DNA of 32,000 nucleotides, from positions 1,230,001 to 1,262,000 of the forward strand of contig FP565575.1 in the NCBI GenBank assembly GCA_000091165.1, read 5' to 3'. This stretch comes from Candidatus Methylomirabilis oxygeniifera. Lineage in GTDB: Bacteria; Methylomirabilota; Methylomirabilia; Methylomirabilales; Methylomirabilaceae. The position numbers and the translations under genes were made by a program. Positions 28,987 through 32,000 of the stretch are shown piece after piece (the first letter of the stretch is position 1; each line of letters begins with the position of its first letter). A model generated the notes under the pieces. The model saw nothing but the letters and a program-made list of their open reading frames with translations, was not told where the DNA came from and searched no databases.

Positions 28987-29099
28987 TCTACCCTCTGCCC
29001 ACTCTCGGACATTGCTCCTACAGCCGACCCGCTCATACGCGTGCCAGCCCGTTGATCTGCTGGGCGACGACGCCTGTCAGTCCGACTTCCACCAGGAAT

Positions 29100-29446
29100 C
29101 TACCGGCCCAGCACGACGTCGATTCCGTCCAGAATCAGCTCCAACTTTGCAGTCGGAAGTTTTCCGACCCGTTCCGTGAGCTGCGCCTTATCAACAGTCA
29201 CCATCTGCGACACATTGGCGACCGACTCCCTGGCAAGCCCGGTGACGCGGGGCGAGAGGATCACGTTGCCTGGCGCGGCCGCCCACTTGAGATTGCTGGT
29301 CAACGGGACACACACACAACGGTACCGATCCGGCTGCGATTCAAGCCGTCTCCCTGTACCACAACGACGGGGCGCCGAAAGCCGGGGCCGGAACCGGTGG
29401 GTGCCGGCAGATCGGCCCACCAGACCTCGCCCTGCGATATCACCAC
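29100..29446 (-). pseudogene. MazF/PemK-type toxin, frameshifted at a GT dinucleotide tract (or possibly phase-variable)
   Basis: Frame 1: VVISQGEVWWADLPAPTGSGPGFRRPVVVVQGDGLNRSRIGTVVCVSR*; continuing in the shifted frame: CVPLTSNLKWAAAPGNVILSPRVTGLARESVANVSQMVTVDKAQLTERVGKLPTAKLELILDGIDVVLGR*. Confidence 0.88.
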
Positions 29447-29679
29447 TCGCTACGCTCCAGGGTCTGGCGCGCCGCCGCAGCCGTAAACTCATCCGCCGTG
29501 GCGTCCCCTAGTTCGACGCACACGCGGTCCATAGCCTCGGTCACTTCCTCCGGGGCATGGCGTGCGACATACTCCCGGAGCGCCTCGCTGAACAGCCGAC
29601 TCCGAGACATGCGTGCCCGCTTGGCCAACCGCTCGGCCCGCTTGAAAATCTCGTCAGGAACTGATACGGCGGTTTTCAT
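29440..29679 (-). CDS. Ribbon-helix-helix antitoxin (MazE-like) upstream of and overlapping the MazF reading frame
   Basis: MKTAVSVPDEIFKRAERLAKRARMSRSRLFSEALREYVARHA; overlap with toxin start. Confidence 0.88.
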   Translation of the reverse strand: MKTAVSVPDEIFKRAERLAKRARMSRSRLFSEALREYVARHAPEEVTEAMDRVCVELGDATADEFTAAAARQTLERSEW

Positions 29680-29723
29680 ACCAGAAGTATAACCTCACGT
29701 ACCCTCAGCGTCAAGCCTGCCAA

Positions 29724-30028
29724 TCAGTGGACCTCGGCATAGACTCGAACCTGCTTTTCGAGCCTTTTCCCCACTTGGTCCTCTTCTACATCCAGATCGT
29801 ATTGAGCCTGAAGACCAAGCCAGAATTCGGGAGAGGTCTGAAAATAGCGGCCGAGCCGCAGGGCAGTATTGGCCGTGATGCCCCCTTGCCCAGGACGATT
29901 TCATTGATGCGGCGAGGGTCGACTCCGATGTCCAATGCCAAACGGTGCTGACTCAGGCGAAGGGGCCTTAAGAACTCCTCCTCGAGAACCTCGCCAGGAT
30001 GCACCGGCGCCAGTTTCCTGCCAGCCAT
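29724..30028 (-). pseudogene. HigA-type antitoxin, copy 1, frameshifted
   Basis: MAGRKLAPVHPGEVLEEEFLRPLRLSQHRLALDIGVDPRRINEIVLGKG then frame lost; near-identical to the intact copy at 31354..31659 but 1 nt shorter (305 vs 306 nt). Confidence 0.88.
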
Positions 30029-30044
30029 AATTACTACCTCCTAT

Positions 30045-30086
30045 GTGTAGATACCCCATGGGCGTAAGCCCGCGGGGTATCTACAC
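30045..30086. repeat. Strong hairpin: 13-bp perfect arms GTGTAGATACCCC / GGGGTATCTACAC with inner GGGC/GCCC stem
   Basis: gtgtagataccccatgggcgtaagcccgcggggtatctacac read directly. Confidence 0.85.
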
Positions 30087-30182
30087 CAGCGCGGACGGGC
30101 GCGCAGGCGGCGTCATTTTAACGCCAGGGCTTAGCAGACAGAGCGAAGCGACGACCTGCTGCAGCCCTTTGTTCGACACGTT

Positions 30183-30440
30183 CTACGTTCCGGCCGTGAC
30201 GAGCGGCGGCACATGCTTCACGCCGATGATACCATCGATAGATAAATCTTCATCTACATCTGGCCAGTGAATTCCGTAACCAGCAGGGGATACCTCAAAG
30301 TTGTCCCTCTGTTCCTGGCTAGCGTTTCGCAAACGCTCCGACTCACCGGCAACATCGATCAGGTAATCCTTCCCGTCGACTCGCAAATGCATGATGGTGC
30401 CAGAGAAGCCCACCTGTTGGACATGGTGTGCTTTATCCAT
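30183..30440 (-). CDS. DUF2442-like protein, putative antitoxin of a DUF4160/DUF2442 pair
   Basis: From ATG 30440: MDKAHHVQQVGFSGTIMHLRVDGKDYLIDVAGESERLRNASQEQRDNFEVSPAGYGIHWPDVDEDLSIDGIIGV. Confidence 0.75.
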   Translation of the reverse strand: MDKAHHVQQVGFSGTIMHLRVDGKDYLIDVAGESERLRNASQEQRDNFEVSPAGYGIHWPDVDEDLSIDGIIGVKHVPPLVTAGT

Positions 30441-30690
30441 TCTTCCCCTCCTGAAATTTGTTCCATTCGGCCACGATGTAATCAAAATGGTCGAAGATGA
30501 TGCGCCGTACGATTCTCTTGTCCGCAGGGCTCATGTTGTAGGCATGGGCCTCCAACGCCTCGAATCCTTGAATATCGAGCCAGTATTTTGCCTCAGCCTC
30601 TCCCTTACGACAATGAACGTGAATCGGTTCGTTGCGTTCATTAGCGTAGAAAAAGAACCTCCAGCCAAGCATCACCAGTATTGTCGGCAT
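30433..30690 (-). CDS. DUF4160 family protein, putative toxin-like partner
   Basis: MPTILVMLGWRFFFYANERNEPIHVHCRKGEAEAKYWLDI; overlaps the DUF2442-like gene. Confidence 0.88.
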   Translation of the reverse strand: MPTILVMLGWRFFFYANERNEPIHVHCRKGEAEAKYWLDIQGFEALEAHAYNMSPADKRIVRRIIFDHFDYIVAEWNKFQEGKNG

Positions 30691-30941
30691 CTTATCCCAG
30701 TGTCCTCCACTCGATCTTCCCTTATGCTATCAATGGGCATCTCTCTTGTCACGGGGGGCATTTCTCTTTCCTCTTTGTCGAACTACTGAGTATGCTGATC
30801 AGTATATGACGACCATTCCAGTGTCGGTTCTTGTCGGAATTGTCCGTCCCTTCCAAGACGTTGTCAACCAGTTTCCGGTCACCATCTAACCCGCACACAC
30901 TGATCACGATATGCTCAATATACCGGCAGGGGATTGAGGAC

Positions 30942-31128
30942 CTACGCCGGCAGGGACTCCGCCGGACTTTGGACTCCTCTCCCACCGCGGTTTAAGACAT
31001 GGGTGCACATCATCGTGGTGGCGAGATCGGTGTGCCCCAGAAGCTCCTGGACGGTTCGGATATGGTCACCGTCTTCCAGCAAATAGGTGGCAAAGGAATT
31101 GCGTCGGTGTAATGGCTGGTCGCCGGAC
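30942..31128 (-). pseudogene. C-terminal remnant of an integron-integrase-like tyrosine recombinase
   Basis: Minus-strand translation [56 protein letters not shown]; catalytic Tyr position reads Cys (MMCTHV); upstream sequence not coherent. Confidence 0.8.
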
Positions 31129-31261
31129 CTGATCGAGGCTGGATGGGGTGACGTGGAATGGTCGACAGCATGAGGTGGGCACGGCGGGGCGTGGGATGAC
31201 TCCTGGCTCTTATTGCAACTGCGAGGGTCTAACAGACAACCGGGGTCTGTCCCCTATTACT

Positions 31262-31318
31262 CAGTTCAAAACCGACCGGATCGGTTACCTCAATATCAAG
31301 AATTAGGTAGGCTGCCAT
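31262..31318 (-). pseudogene. 5' fragment of a DUF1330-like gene, duplicate of the start of 28696..28986
   Basis: Minus-strand translation MAAYLILDIEVTDPVGFE, matching MAAYMILDIEVTDPVGFE of the intact gene, then similarity ends. Confidence 0.8.
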
Positions 31319-31353
31319 GTTACCCCCTGTCGATTCAACAAGCTCACTGTACG

Positions 31354-31659
31354 TCAGTGGACCTCGGCATAGACTCGAACCTGCTTTTCGAGCCTGTTCC
31401 CCACTTGATCCTCTTCTACATCCAGATCGTATTGAGCCTGAAGAGCAAGCCAGAATTCGGGAGAGGTCTGGAAATAGCGGCCGAGCCGCAGGGCAGTATT
31501 GGCCGTGATGCCCCTCTTGCCTAGGACGATTTCATTGATGCGGCGAGGGTCGACTCCGATGTCCAATGCCAAACGGTGCTGACTCAGGCTCAGAGGCTTC
31601 AAGAATTCCTCATCGAGAACCTCGCCCGGATGCACCGGCGCCAGTTTCCTGCCAGCCAT
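31354..31659 (-). CDS. HigA-type antitoxin, copy 2, intact
   Basis: MAGRKLAPVHPGEVLDEEFLKPLSLSQHRLALDIGVDPRRINEIVLGKRGITANTALRLGRYFQTSPEFWLALQAQYDLD. Confidence 0.92.
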   Translation of the reverse strand: MAGRKLAPVHPGEVLDEEFLKPLSLSQHRLALDIGVDPRRINEIVLGKRGITANTALRLGRYFQTSPEFWLALQAQYDLDVEEDQVGNRLEKQVRVYAEVH

Positions 31660-31671
31660 AATTACTACCTC

Positions 31672-31830
31672 CTAGTGATAGTCAACAATCTCAACCTCGT
31701 AGGCGTTGTTGCCCCGCCAATCAAAGCAGACTCGCCACTGATCATTAATCCGGATCGAGTATTGCCCGGTCCGATCGCCTCTCAACTTTTCAAGCCGATT
31801 CCCCGGCGGGGAGCGAAGATCCCAAAAAGG
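31672..31830 (-). pseudogene. HigB/RelE-type toxin, 5' truncated
   Basis: Minus-strand translation FWDLRSPPGNRLEKLRGDRTGQYSIRINDQWRVCFDWRGNNAYEVEIVDYH*; no start codon and no N-terminal ~40 aa of a HigB upstream. Confidence 0.82.
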
Positions 31831-31841
31831 GCTTCGCGTTG

Positions 31842-32000
31842 TTAGTTCATGCTCTTTGCGATTTCGCCTTTGAATTTGGTAAATACCGACTCAGCGTCTC
31901 CTACAAGCGGCTCCATACGTTCAGGGGAGAGGTCCAGCGCATAGCCGTGGCCGAAAAAGTGGCGGAACGCCAGATAACGCTTCAAATCGTCCAGTAATCG
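31842..32000 (-). CDS. HEPN/HepT-like protein, C-terminal part, running off the right edge
   Basis: Minus-strand translation RLLDDLKRYLAFRHFFGHGYALDLSPERMEPLVGDAESVFTKFKGEIAKSMN*, containing R-x4-H (RHFFGH). Confidence 0.72.
   Translation of the reverse strand, partial: RLLDDLKRYLAFRHFFGHGYALDLSPERMEPLVGDAESVFTKFKGEIAKSMN

Noticed and set aside
27926-29179. 417-aa plus-strand ORF MLQPLAPVFDPLQTLSNKW...
   Set aside because: Runs antisense across two better-supported minus-strand genes (27714..28337 and DUF1330 28696..28986), composition is Ser/Arg/Pro-rich with no recognisable domain
31227-31233. RYYYAAC-like core (gtctaac) that could hint at an integron attachment site, also atctaac near 30884
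   Set aside because: A 7-nt degenerate match is expected by chance; no paired GTTRRRY core with the expected folded structure was established by eye
31213-31524. Plus-strand [17 protein letters not shown]... whose C-terminal part (LGIDSNLLFEPVPHLILFYIQIVLSLKS) is also seen at 29727..29951
   Set aside because: The apparent paralogy is the antisense reading of the duplicated higA, not a separate protein family
1-32000. Search by eye for CRISPR arrays, rRNA and tRNA genes
   Set aside because: No regularly spaced identical repeats and no recognisable rRNA or tRNA sequence seen; tRNAscan/Infernal would be needed to exclude small RNAs

Overview
The window looks like one bacterial chromosomal segment. 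Gene style and repeat style are reminiscent of candidate phylum NC10/Methylomirabilota, but that is only a guess. Contents in order: (1) sucD (truncated at the left edge) and sucC on the minus strand. (2) A 980-aa DEAD/DEAH helicase fused to a DnaQ-like exonuclease, which looks like MrfA and MrfB joined in one protein, followed by a PmtA-like methyltransferase, an exported DUF151 (bifunctional nuclease) protein and an M28 peptidase. (3) A run of small exported Tyr/Pro/Gly-rich and glycine-zipper proteins, including a TIGR04073-like exosortase-associated protein. (4) A neighbourhood with a cell-wall-recycling flavour: M20, GT2, AnmK, UPF0309-like SIS, D-aminoacylase, C26 peptidase, a degenerate M48-like protein and NagZ. 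(5) Two methyltransferase/exported-protein genes, a His-rich c-type cytochrome, a lipoprotein and radC. (6) An NRAMP-like transporter lacking the canonical DPGN/MPH motifs, encoded with a membrane-domain-less MgtE_N/CBS protein. (7) From about 27.6 kb to the right edge, an accessory island. It carries toxin-antitoxin genes (MazEF with a frameshift in a GT dinucleotide tract, duplicated higA with one frameshifted copy, a 5'-truncated higB, a DUF4160/DUF2442 pair, the end of a HEPN/HepT-like gene), a duplicated DUF1330 fragment and a decayed C-terminal fragment of an integron-type tyrosine recombinase. No rRNA, tRNA or CRISPR array was recognised. All family calls come from reading motifs by eye; no search was run.
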